NCBI GenBank assembly: GCA_051294375.1
Contig: CM119267.1
Location: forward strand, 16,410,169-16,474,168
DNA from: Paraspadella gotoi
Lineage: Eukaryota > Animalia > Chaetognatha
Direction: 5' to 3'
DNA length: 64,000 bases
Shown here: one piece after another, positions 53,396-64,000 of the stretch
Layout: every line of letters begins with the position of its first letter
How positions within the stretch are numbered: position 1 is the first letter of the stretch
Position numbers and translations under genes: made by a program
The notes under the pieces: generated by a model
The model's database searches: none
The model's input: the letters and a program-made list of their open reading frames with translations, nothing else
What the model was told of the DNA's origin: nothing

Positions 53396-55851
53396 GGAGA
53401 AAATAGTGTATCCAGGAGAACCGGTCTAGAGGATATCGTACCGGCGTTGGGAATGGTTTGCCGATGCAAAGTACCGCAATCTCGTGTGAACTGTCGAGAT
53501 GTGACATTGAAAAAGGTGCCTCAGGGTGCCGAGGTATTTCGAAAAAGGAAAAGGAACCTGGGAGCACCTGAGCCCGAAAGGGAGACGGTCTCGGCGACAA
53601 TTCAATGACGACTACGTAATACGACTCGCAGTCAAAGAGACGATGACAACGTCATGGGCGAAACATCGAAATGGTACGAAGGATAAATTTAACCTATAAG
53701 AAAAGAAAAAGAAAGAGAAACTAGAAATTGAGAAAGTTTTTTCTATTTTTGACTCTAATGATTAGACTAATGAAAAAAAAACGCGAGCGGACGTGGGCGG
53801 AGCATAGAAAAAAAGGCGGATTAATATTCAGGAATTGATTAACTAAAATCGAGAGAGAGAAAAGTTACTGAAGGCTGGAATGGCACAAAAGCTTTACCAG
53901 ACGTTTTGATGTGGAAANNNNNNNNNNNNNNNNNNNNNNNNNNNNNNNNNNNNNNNNNNNNNNNNNNNNNNNNNNNNNNNNNNNNNNNNNNNNNNNNNNN
54001 NNNNNNNNNNNNNNNNNNNNNNNNNNNNNNNNNNNNNNNNNNNNNNNNNNNNNNNNNNNNNNNNNNNNNNNNNNNNNNNNNNNNNNNNNNNNNNNNNNNN
54101 NNNNNNNNNNNNNNNNNNNNNNNNNNNNNNNNNNNNNNNNNNNNNNNNNNNNNNNNNNNNNNNNNNNNNNNNNNNNNNNNNNNNNNNNNNNNNNNNNNNN
54201 NNNNNNNNNNNNNNNNNNNNNNNNNNNNNNNNNNNNNNNNNNNNNNNNNNNNNNNNNNNNNNNNNNNNNNNNNNNNNNNNNNNNNNNNNNNNNNNNNNNN
54301 NNNNNNNNNNNNNNNNNNNNNNNNNNNNNNNNNNNNNNNNNNNNNNNNNNNNNNNNNNNNNNNNNNNNNNNNNNNNNNNNNNNNNNNNNNNNNNNNNNNN
54401 NNNNNNNNNNNNNNNNNNNNNNNNNNNNNNNNNNNNNNNNNNNNNNNNNNNNNNNNNNNNNNNNNNNNNNNNNNNNNNNNNNNNNNNNNNNNNNNNNNNN
54501 NNNNNNNNNNNNNNNNNNNNNNNNNNNNNNNNNNNNNNNNNNNNNNNNNNNNNNNNNNNNNNNNNNNNNNNNNNNNNNNNNNNNNNNNNNNNNNNNNNNN
54601 NNNNNNNNNNNNNNNNNNNNNNNNNNNNNNNNNNNNNNNNNNNNNNNNNNNNNNNNNNNNNNNNNNNNNNNNNNNNNNNNNNNNNNNNNNNNNNNNNNNN
54701 NNNNNNNNNNNNNNNNNNNNNNNNNNNNNNNNNNNNNNNNNNNNNNNNNNNNNNNNNNNNNNNNNNNNNNNNNNNNNNNNNNNNNNNNNNNNNNNNNNGG
54801 GGTAGGGTAAGGGAAGAGGGCGAGTAATCAGAGATCGGGGAAGTAAAGAGTCCCGGGAGTTTCGTGTTGGGATTTATGAAGCGGACGTGAAGGAAGGAAT
54901 GTGAGGTGTTGGCGTGAGAAATGAGGGAATGAGCGTGGCGGGGTGAGAAAGTTTAAGAGAGAGAGAGTGAAAAGTGTCGAATTGGTTTTTAAAGGATAAG
55001 AAGTGAAGTGAAAAGATGAATGTGGCGGTGAGAAGTGGATCAGAAAATCGAGCCCGCAGGAGGAAATACTTATAAAATTGGGAAACTAATTTTATTGACT
55101 TTTTTTTCTTGAAAAAGGATTCAGTTGAGGTTAGTAGAAAAAAGGAAAAGGTTAAGAACTAACTTTTTCCTACACTTATCATATCAAAATGATGTCAGAA
55201 AAATGGACTGAAAAATATTATGAATTAAAAAAAAATACTTTTTAAATTTTTTCAATGTTCGTATAAAGGAAATCAACGCAAATATCTTTAATTATTCATT
55301 TATCACTGCATCATTTCAAACATTCGATTTACTCCCTAAAAATATGGGATTTCCGGGTTTTGAAGTGAACCGCGATTGCGGCGCTTGAAAGATTTCACGG
55401 CGGAATTTCCGATGGAACCGGAGATGGAACCGCCGTCGGCCAACCCATTGCCGGAGATGAAGTGAAAACGCCAAGAGTAGATCCGGAGTTTTTATCGGTC
55501 GGGGGCGTCGTCGGCGGCGGCATTGGCAGCGGCGGCGGCGGTGGCGGCGTGGCTGCCGACCGCGACGCCGGCGTAGGCGGAGCCACCGGCGTCGTCTGCG
55601 CTGCCCATTAACGAGCCAATATTAGAAGTCGATTCTTCTCGTCTCAAGTTGGAACGGACTTTTCCCCGTACGGACACGAAAAACCCCGGGGGAAAAATGG
55701 CGGACGGACCCGTGGAAAAAAAAACTGGCAGACACCCGCGAATAAAAAAGCCGGCCTTGCCTCGGACGGACGGACGGACGGACGGGAATCCGGAAACTAA
55801 GTACGAGCGGCCAACTCGGAACCCCATTAGTAATTCAACTTTGGCCCTCCG

Positions 55852-55928
55852 TCCATTCTCTCGTTATCCCCAACCACGCCTTTCTATCTCGTCCATTCTC
55901 TCGATTATCCCCAACCACGCCTTTCTAT
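55852..55928 (+). repeat. Two-copy ~40-bp tandem duplication (ccattctctcgttatccccaaccacgcctttctat)
   Basis: Directly visible. Confidence 0.85.
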
Positions 55929-55937
55929 TAACGCCCT

Positions 55938-55977
<40 letters not shown>

Positions 55978-58462
55978 CGTCTCTCTCTCTCTCTTCTCTC
56001 TATCTCTCTCTCTCCTCTCTTCTCTCTCTCTCTTCTCTCCTCTCTCTCTGTCTCTTCTATTTTTAGTCTTCTTCTATTTTCTTGAGCAGGCGTTTATTTG
56101 GGAACCTGTGAGAACTGACAGAATACCCAGGGAAACGAACATTAATAAGAATTGCTATTTTCTCGATACTCACTGTAGTGGGAACAGAGAGTTTAGAAGT
56201 AATGGCAGAGACAGAGAAGAGACGAGAGCTATGAGAGAGAAGAGAGAGAGAGAGAGAAGAGAGAGACGAGGAGAAGAGAGAGAGTCCCATTTGAACGATT
56301 AGCGCAATTTCCCTTTCGTTCTTTCTACCTTCAGCTAATTAGTTGTGTTCCCCCTCACATCAATTNNNNNNNNNNNNNNNNNNNNNNNNNTCTCCATTAA
56401 AAGCCCCTCTCTCTCTACGCTCTCACTGCTACTCTACGACAACACAATTCTCTACAAATCATCCGTCTCTACCATCTACTATATAAACTACTCATACTAC
56501 TCATACATCTCTTATAACTCATATAATAGGTACTCGTATCCTCTCTTCCTCTCCATCTTCTCCTTGGGAAGCAGTTACTGGAGAGAGAGAGAGAGAGAGA
56601 GAGAAAAATAGAATTCCTTCTCTTCGCGTTTAACGGCAATAAATGGTTACAATAATTGCAATAAAAGGGAAAAAAAAGAGAAGGAAGGAAGTGAAACAAA
56701 TGACATCGGAAAAACAAGTAAGGAATATTATCTTTTGTTAATATTGCTATTTTTTCCGTCAGGGCCGGCTCATTAATCGGCTAACCAGTAATACATATTT
56801 CGATTATTTCGGCGATCAATATTTTTTTGCCTTCGCAAAGGCATTTAAATTATCAATAAAACGTAATGGGAACTCCGACGCCTTTCTGCCTTTGATGCCC
56901 GCGTCACGCTCGGCTCTGGCGACGTTGAAAATAGCATTCGTGATGCTCGTTCTTTCCTTCGCCGCGATTCACTACAGGGGTGTTTAGGTAAACTATCACC
57001 ACAACAAAAACAATACAAAATGAATCTATTTTTATATTTGAACACTTGACCCTTTCGCGTGACCGACAAACTCGGATCACAACGTTGAACGAAAAAAATA
57101 AACGTTAACAAAATTCGGTTCGAATTTATGCGGATAAATCGCTGTTTATTTGTTGACCCAGATTTATAAGGAGTCATCGCAAGGCTGGGGGGGGAGGGGA
57201 GGGGGGGCGAGGGGATGAATGGAGAAGGAAAGAAGAGGGGATAAAAGGGGAAGGGTTGAGGGGAAAGGGGAAGTATAAAGAGTTAGGGGAGGATTTATTC
57301 ATTTATCGAGAATCTGATCGAAAGCCTAGAGGGGAAGCGTGACTCGCCTTAGAGACGGCGACGATTGCGACGACGACGACAGCGACGACGATAGAGATAA
57401 ATAAGAAGATGAAATTGAAGACGACGACGACGACGACGACGACGAAACGACGAATCGAAGAGAAAAAGATGACGACGTCGACGCCGAAGAAAACGAGGAC
57501 GATTCTTAATCAGTCGCCAACGCGAAAAAAAGAAATTCCGTTCGAGATCTCGATAGAAGAATTCCGACTAAAATCCCCTTTCGCTCATTCCGCAATTTTA
57601 GTTTTAGCCTATTATACATTCGGTTGTAAATTAGTAGTTCAACTAAACTCGGCAGAGAGAGGCGCTCGCCTTTCGCATCACGTTTCTATTTTTAGCGCGA
57701 AGAGACTTCGGCGCCAAAGTCGAGAACCGTCGGACGCCGTCTGAGCGAGGCGGACGACAACAACAACGACAAATATAACGGATCATAAGTCTCTCTCTCT
57801 CGGAGAGTGTTGATGTTTGGCGCGGGCGAAGAAGGTGACGCAGATGTTAAAGGTCGAAAGATTTTGGCGTCGGTGAAAATTGAAGGATATTTTCTATGAC
57901 GTCCGACTCAACGGGTGTCAAATAAAATACATATGAAGCGAGAATCAAAATTTTCACTAATGAAACCAGAACATAAACCTTAAAGCTCATAAATCGAAAA
58001 GAAAGTTTATCATTTCACTCGGTATCGTTTTACAGTCTCAACAACACACCCCTCCGACAGAATAAAACGCCGGTAGCGAGAAACAACCGAAAAACAACGA
58101 TAAAAAAGAACAACAACAACGAAACAACGAAACGAGAATCAGTGTCGAAACGGCCTCGACTCTCGCCCGCCTCCGCCTGCGAGCGAAACGAGGAGAGAGA
58201 ACCGAAAGGGTGAGGTAATTAAAGCGATGTGGGTGGGTTTGGTGGAGACGGTTTGGAGTGGAGCGATCGAAGCGTTGAATGACGGCGGAAGCGATCGACA
58301 AAGGAGCAATTTAGGGGAAATAAAGCAATGGGGGGATCTACTATTGTGATCGGGAAATGCGGAAGTGCGGAAAGGGTAAGTTTAAAAAGAAATCAAAATT
58401 AAAGTCAACTTAAATTTGAATTTACGCGTCAAACGAGCGAATCGAATTCCTCGAACGATGGA

Positions 58463-58630
58463 AAAAGCGATGAAGAACGAACTAAAGCGATGAAGGAGAA
58501 CAAACTAAAGCGATGAAGGAGAACGAACTAAAGCGATGAAGGAGAACGAACTGAAGCGATGAAGGAGAACGAACTAAAGCGATGAAGGAGAACCAACGAA
58601 TGCGGTGAAGGAGAAGGAACGAAAGCCGTG
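58463..58630 (+). repeat. 23-bp minisatellite (aaagcgatgaaggagaacgaact), about 7 copies
   Basis: Directly visible; it generates the FSFIALV repeats in ORF 58482-59459. Confidence 0.9.
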
Positions 58631-58880
58631 AGGTAAAGCGATTAAAACCGCCAAAGGTAAAACGGGGGATTGTAGGAGAGAGATTGAAAGTTGCCACTCT
58701 GTGTTGGACGGGAAACGACAGCCGCGGCGTAGGCGGCGGCGTTGGCGGCGGCGTTGGCGGCGGCTGAGTGCGCGATGCGCGGCGAGCTGGAAACACACTA
58801 GCTACGTTAGTGAAAAGGTGACGAAGAAAACGGAGGAGAGGGCCTGGAAGCGGGAGTCCGGCAAACAGGTGAGCGAGAGA

Positions 58881-58913
<33 letters not shown>

Positions 58914-60372
58914 CGCAGAGAGAGATGAAGAGAGACGAGAAGAGAAAGGAGAGGAACGGCAATTCAAAATCGAAGGAGGGTGAGCAATAAATGGACTCCG
59001 CAGAAGAGAGAAAAGAGAGAAAGAGAGAAAAGAAAGAAGAGAGAGAAGAAGAGAAGATGAAGAACGAGAGAGAGAGAGAGAGAGAGAGAAGAGAGAGCAG
59101 AAGAAAGAGAGAGAGAGAAAGAGAGAGGAGAGAGAATAGAGAAGTTTGAAGCGAGGCCGTTTGAAGGAAGGTGAAACGCAGAGGCGACAGTAAACGCAAC
59201 AATCAACAAAGGTGAAGTTGCAAAAGGAAGGCGATTGTGAACCAATGAATTGTTTTCCCGATTGGTAATANNNNNNNNNNNNNNNNNNNNNNNNNNNNNN
59301 NNNNNNNNNNNNNNNNNNNNNNNNNNNNNNNNNNNNNNNNNNNNNNNNNNNNNNNNNNNNNNNNNNNNNNNNNNNNNNNNNNNNNNNNNNNNNNNNNNNN
59401 NNNNNNNNNNNNNNNNNGAGAGAGAGAGAGAGAGAATGGTGGCAGGAAACGATCGCCAAGGAGCTTTTCTTAGCTCTTGCCTATTCTTGCCCACAACCTG
59501 CGCCCATACCTACCTGCACTTACCCTTACCTCCCTTACCTTCGCCTTTCGGTCCTTACCTGTCGAAAGCGCTTTTTTTTTGTCCCGAAATTACGTCCTTC
59601 GAGACGAATGGAGTATTTTAATCCTTTTCATGGTGCTGACAGCTTAGAATATGAGGCGCTGGCAAATTTGGTGCTGAAGGAATGGCAGAGTTTTCACTTC
59701 TCTTTCTTCTTTTTTGTTTTTGTTTTTTTTATAAAATGTCTCTAATCGAGAATTTTTTACGTCGTGGGGGAAAGTGGTAAACGATTGCAGTTTGATTACT
59801 GTTATTGTGGGTTTAAATATATATTCATCGATCATTAAAAATCATCAAAAATAACATCGAATGACCCGAATATAAAACTGTTAGTTTGGACATCCGCGGC
59901 AAAACGAAACGAATGAGGTGAGTTTTTTTAATCTCAATTTAAACTCTCGGTCAAAAATGACGGAATTTAGTTTCCGCGATATTTTTTGAAAACTCAATTT
60001 CATTCTTAACCAGGTTTCAAAACCCGGAATTTGAAACAGTTCACGATTCCTTCTCTTCAACAAAAATTTCTGTCAAGGGAGAAAAAAAAAATCGATGAAA
60101 GGAAACGAAATTCCGCTTTTTGAGTTTTTGAGTTTTTGTGTGGAATTTTTTTTCCTTTTTTTTATGATTTCATGACAAAAACTCGATTTGCGGTCAAAGA
60201 TGACGACGATGACGAGGAAGACGCTGATAAAGACGACGACTACGAAGCGAACAACAATTACAAGAACAACTTAAACGTAGATAAAGATGATGAGAAAGAG
60301 AAAGGAAAGTTGAGAGAAATGAGTAGGAGGAAAAAGAGGAAACAAATAAAGGAGAAATGTGAGATGTAAAGT

Positions 60373-60480
60373 AAAGAAAAGAAAAGAAAAGAAAAGAAAA
60401 GAAAAGAAAAGAAAAGAAAAGAAAAGAAAAGAAAAGAAAAGAAAAGAAAAGAAAAGAAAAGAAAGAAAAGAAAGAAAGAA
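60373..60480 (+). repeat. (GAAAA)n microsatellite
   Basis: Directly visible. Confidence 0.95.
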
Positions 60481-61211
60481 ATGAAAGGAAAACAAATGAA
60501 GAAATAAAAAGTAACAGGGAAAAAGGGATAGGTAAAAATTGTAGCAAAAGACTTAATCAAAGATCGAAAATGATTTAAAAAAAATAAATATAACGCGCGT
60601 GTAAGAGAATTAAAGAAATTTAAAAAAAAAATGGGAAAAAAAAATTCTAGAAGACGAAAACGCGACCGGAGAGAAAACGAGAGAGAAAGAGAGAAAGATT
60701 CTCTCGTTGGCTTCGGAAGCAGAGGAGGAAGAAAGAGAAGATGGAAAGAAAGAATGGTGACAGGGAGGAGGAGGAGGAAAAAGAGGAGGAGGAGGAGAAC
60801 GATGAGGAAATACGGAGAGGAGGAAGAGGAGGAGGAACGAGGAAGAGAAACGTCGGACTTGAAAAAAAAAANNNNNNNNNNNNNNNNNNNNNNNNNNNNN
60901 NNNNNNNNNNNNNNNNNNNNNNNNNNNNNNNNNNNNNNNNNNNNNNNNNNNNNNNNNNNNNNNNNNNNNNNNNNNNNNNNNNNNNNNNNNNNNNNNNNNN
61001 NNNNNNNNNNNNNTTTTCTTTTTTTTTTTTTGAGGCCGTGAAATCCGTGTGAACAAAATTTAAAAAGAAAAACAGATAAACCTACTTTTTCGCGGACTCA
61101 ATAAAGAAAAATGGCGGCCCCGGACTCTTTCTCTTTTGTTTTGTGTTTTTCCTTTCTTTTTATTTACTTACCTATTTACTTTTTTATTGCTAATTTTATT
61201 TTCTTTATAAT

Positions 61212-61212
61212 T

Positions 61213-61247
<35 letters not shown>

Positions 61248-61280
61248 CTCTTTCCTTCTTTCTTTCTTTTTTCTTTCTTT
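61212..61280 (+). repeat. (TTTC)n microsatellite
   Basis: Directly visible. Confidence 0.9.
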
Positions 61281-64000
61281 CCTTTTTTTTCATTTCTTCT
61301 TCCAACTCGTAAAAGGTTTGGGGGGGGGGCGTCAAGCGAACGAAGGGGGAACGAAATAAACCTTCACTGAATGACGTCGACGTCACAAGAATCTCTCGTG
61401 GCGCAGAAAACGGCCGATGGCACCGGAATGGCCGATGGCATGGGACAAACAAATGGCACCGGAAGTGACGAAGAAAAAACCCGATAGAAAAAGAAAGAAA
61501 AAAAAACGTCAATGAGAGAGAAAAAGAAAGAGAGGCGCCCGGCGCCCGAAAACTCGATGGCGACGAAAAGATTTAATTAAAAAAGAAAAAAAAAAAGAAT
61601 CAGCGCGACGACAACATTCGTACCCTAATTGCAGATTCCACCCGAAACTACGATTCCGTCGTATAATTTAATTGCAGATAAAACTGCGATAAAATGGCGG
61701 GAAATCGGTTGGAGCCGAAAAAAAAAATGGCGCGCGTCTACAAATTAGATTAAAAAAAACCGAATCAAAGTCGAAAAATAGGAAAGAAAAAAAAAAGAGG
61801 GAAATTAATTAAATCAAAGGATCTCTACTCGTCAAAGGGAATATAACGACAAGAAGAAGAATAAAAAGAGCAAAGGAATAAATCAGAATTAGCGATGGAT
61901 ACTCAGAAGGAAAAAAAAAAANNNNNNNNNNNNNNNNNNNNNNNNNNNNNNNNNNNNNNNNNNNNNNNNNNNNNNNNNNNNNNNNNNNNNNNNNNNNNNN
62001 NNNNNNNNNNNNNNNNNNNNNNNNNNNNNNNNNNNNNNNNNNNNNNNNNNNNNNNNNNNNNNNNNNNNNNNNNNNNNNNNNNNNNNNNNNNNNNNNNNNN
62101 NNNNNNGAGAGAAAGAGAGAGAGAGAGAGAGAGAATGAGGAAAACTCGATGAAAAAATCATTTATGAAAATAAAGTCGCAAAGCCTTGGGGAGGAGAGGG
62201 AGGAAATCACGACAATAACAACGACGACGACGACGACGATAATACGAACAAGATATGACGGCCAAGGCTACGATTACGACGTCAGCGACGGCGACGATAA
62301 AGATGACGATGTATGAAATCGCAGATCGCGGTTTGCCAATAGCTTCAGTGAATCATAGATCCTAATTCATGTCACCTTGTCGCGAAGATTCAAATTAACT
62401 ATTTAATTTAAAACAGTTTTTTGGACAAGTTCAACAATTTTAAACACAGCGAGAAAAATGACAACCGACATGACAGATGACATAATTGAAAATTGAAAAG
62501 AAGATGGGAAAGAAGACAATCGAGGCGACGACGACCATGATGACGAAGACGACGACGACGATAACGACGACGCCGACGCTGTGGGAAGCGACAACACACT
62601 AATGAGACTTTCTACCGGGTTTTCCGCTTTGGGGAATTCCAAAAAATTGGAGCAATTGACTTGGGGGNNNNNNNNNNNNNNNNNNNNNNNNNNNNNNNNN
62701 NNNNNNNNNNNNNNNNNNNNNNNNNNNNNNNNNNNNNNNNNNNNNNNNNNNNNNNNNNNNNNNNNNNNNNNNNNNNNNNNNNNNNNNNNNNNNNNNNNNN
62801 NNNNNNNNNGAGTGACGAGAGAAAAGAGGAGAGCAAAGGTGAGTTAGTGAGAGGGGCCAAAGGGGAAAGGTGAAAAGCCGGAGTCTCCAGCGAAAAAAAA
62901 AGGCATGACAAAAGGTTAACAAGGTAGGGAGAAAGCGGGCTAACGGCTTGGAAGGAAAAGGGCAAAGTAAAAGGAGGAAAGCGGAAAGAAAAAGGGATTG
63001 CAAAGGGGAGGAGAGAAGAAGTAATAGTAAAGAAAGGAAACAATACTGCGTTACTTTTGTCTTGAAGTTGAAAATAAAAGAAAAGGAACTTGGAAGAAAA
63101 CTGAGAAAAAAAGGGCGGGTACTAAAAGAAAAGGAAAGGAAAGCAAAACAGGACGTAAAAAAAAAAGATAATAAGGGAAATAAAAAGGAAAAGAAAAAAA
63201 AAAGAAAATATAAGTGAAAAGAAGCAAAAAAAAAAAAGAAAGAAAGAAAAAAAGAAAATCCGAGACAGACTAGGAATGGAGCGGAGAAAGGCACGACATA
63301 CGCTTTGCTGAAAAGGGAGATGGTTGTCGAGGGTTGGAATGGCATCGACCAATGATTGGCGGAGGGGTCGAGGGTGGGGTGAGAATAGGTAAAGGTTGGT
63401 GCGGTGGAAAGAGAGAAAGGGGGTCGACGGCCGGCAAATTAATGAGGTAAACATCCCGCGAAATAAGAGTAAAAAGTCATTACCGATGATAAATAAGATA
63501 TAACCAGAGTCTTATGTACGAGCGGCCGGGGACGAGGGACGCCGTGGCAGGGCCTCCCAACGGAGAAAGGGAGACGATGGGAGCCGGTTATTTAATGCGA
63601 CGATGACGATGACGACGACGATGATGACGACGGCGTCCGCGACGCAGGTGAAACGAAAAACCCAGGTGCGTGGACGTGCGGACAGATGCAGGGTAAACGC
63701 GTTCGCGCGGAAAATTACCGTCACGAGCGTAGACTTCGTTTAGGTGTTAAGGCAGTGGAGAAATTTAAACGTTGAATTTGTTGTTCATGTTTTCTGGATG
63801 CGAAAAAGTAGGAATAAGATTAAAATAAAAAAATAAAACACTTGCAAAACAGAAATTTAGGGAGAAAAGGTTTTCGGGGGAAATTAAGAGGATGCGGGAA
63901 AGAGGAGGAGGAAGATGTGGAGGGAAATAGGAGGAGGAAGAGGTGGAGGGAAAGTGATTGGAGGGGTCAGAGTCGAGATGTCTCCCCCGATGGCACCGAA

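Noticed and set aside
53906-54810. 299-aa ORFs
   Set aside because: Almost entirely N.
55395-55650. Pro-rich / Ala-rich ORFs as a transcription-factor exon
   Set aside because: Explained by GCC-rich low complexity, with no recognisable domain or clear splice sites. It cannot be fully excluded without RNA data.
58482-59459. Longest ORF (325 aa)
   Set aside because: It spans an N gap, AG microsatellites and the 23-bp minisatellite.

Overview
Gappy, AG-microsatellite-rich, CpG-rich eukaryotic genomic DNA, most likely from an invertebrate (arthropod-like; the taxon cannot be fixed from sequence alone). No intact protein-coding gene, RNA gene or CRISPR array can be supported, and almost all listed ORFs are low-complexity or N-spanning artefacts. 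Seven gaps are exactly 25 N long, and the sequence next to them is indel-rich and re-copies other parts of the window, which points to long-read gap filling with noisy consensus. Reading through the noise, I find five main things. (1) A ~6 kb DIRS1-like tyrosine-recombinase retrotransposon on the minus strand (~15.7-21.7 kb), with inverted terminal repeats, an internal complementary region, RT, RNase H, methyltransferase-like and YR motifs, and an apparently deleted gag. (2) A 5'-truncated CR1/L2-group LINE on the plus strand (~38.3-41.7 kb). (3) A ~750 bp TRIM-like mini LTR element (48.2-49.0 kb) inserted into a repeat whose empty sites are also in the window. (4) A back-to-back pair of Helentron/DINE-like elements forming ~550 bp inverted repeats (49.6-52.3 kb). 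(5) A large inverted duplication (5.5-10.5 kb vs 26.4-30.8 kb) that is probably an assembly artefact. All protein motifs were read by eye across frameshifts and need HMM confirmation.
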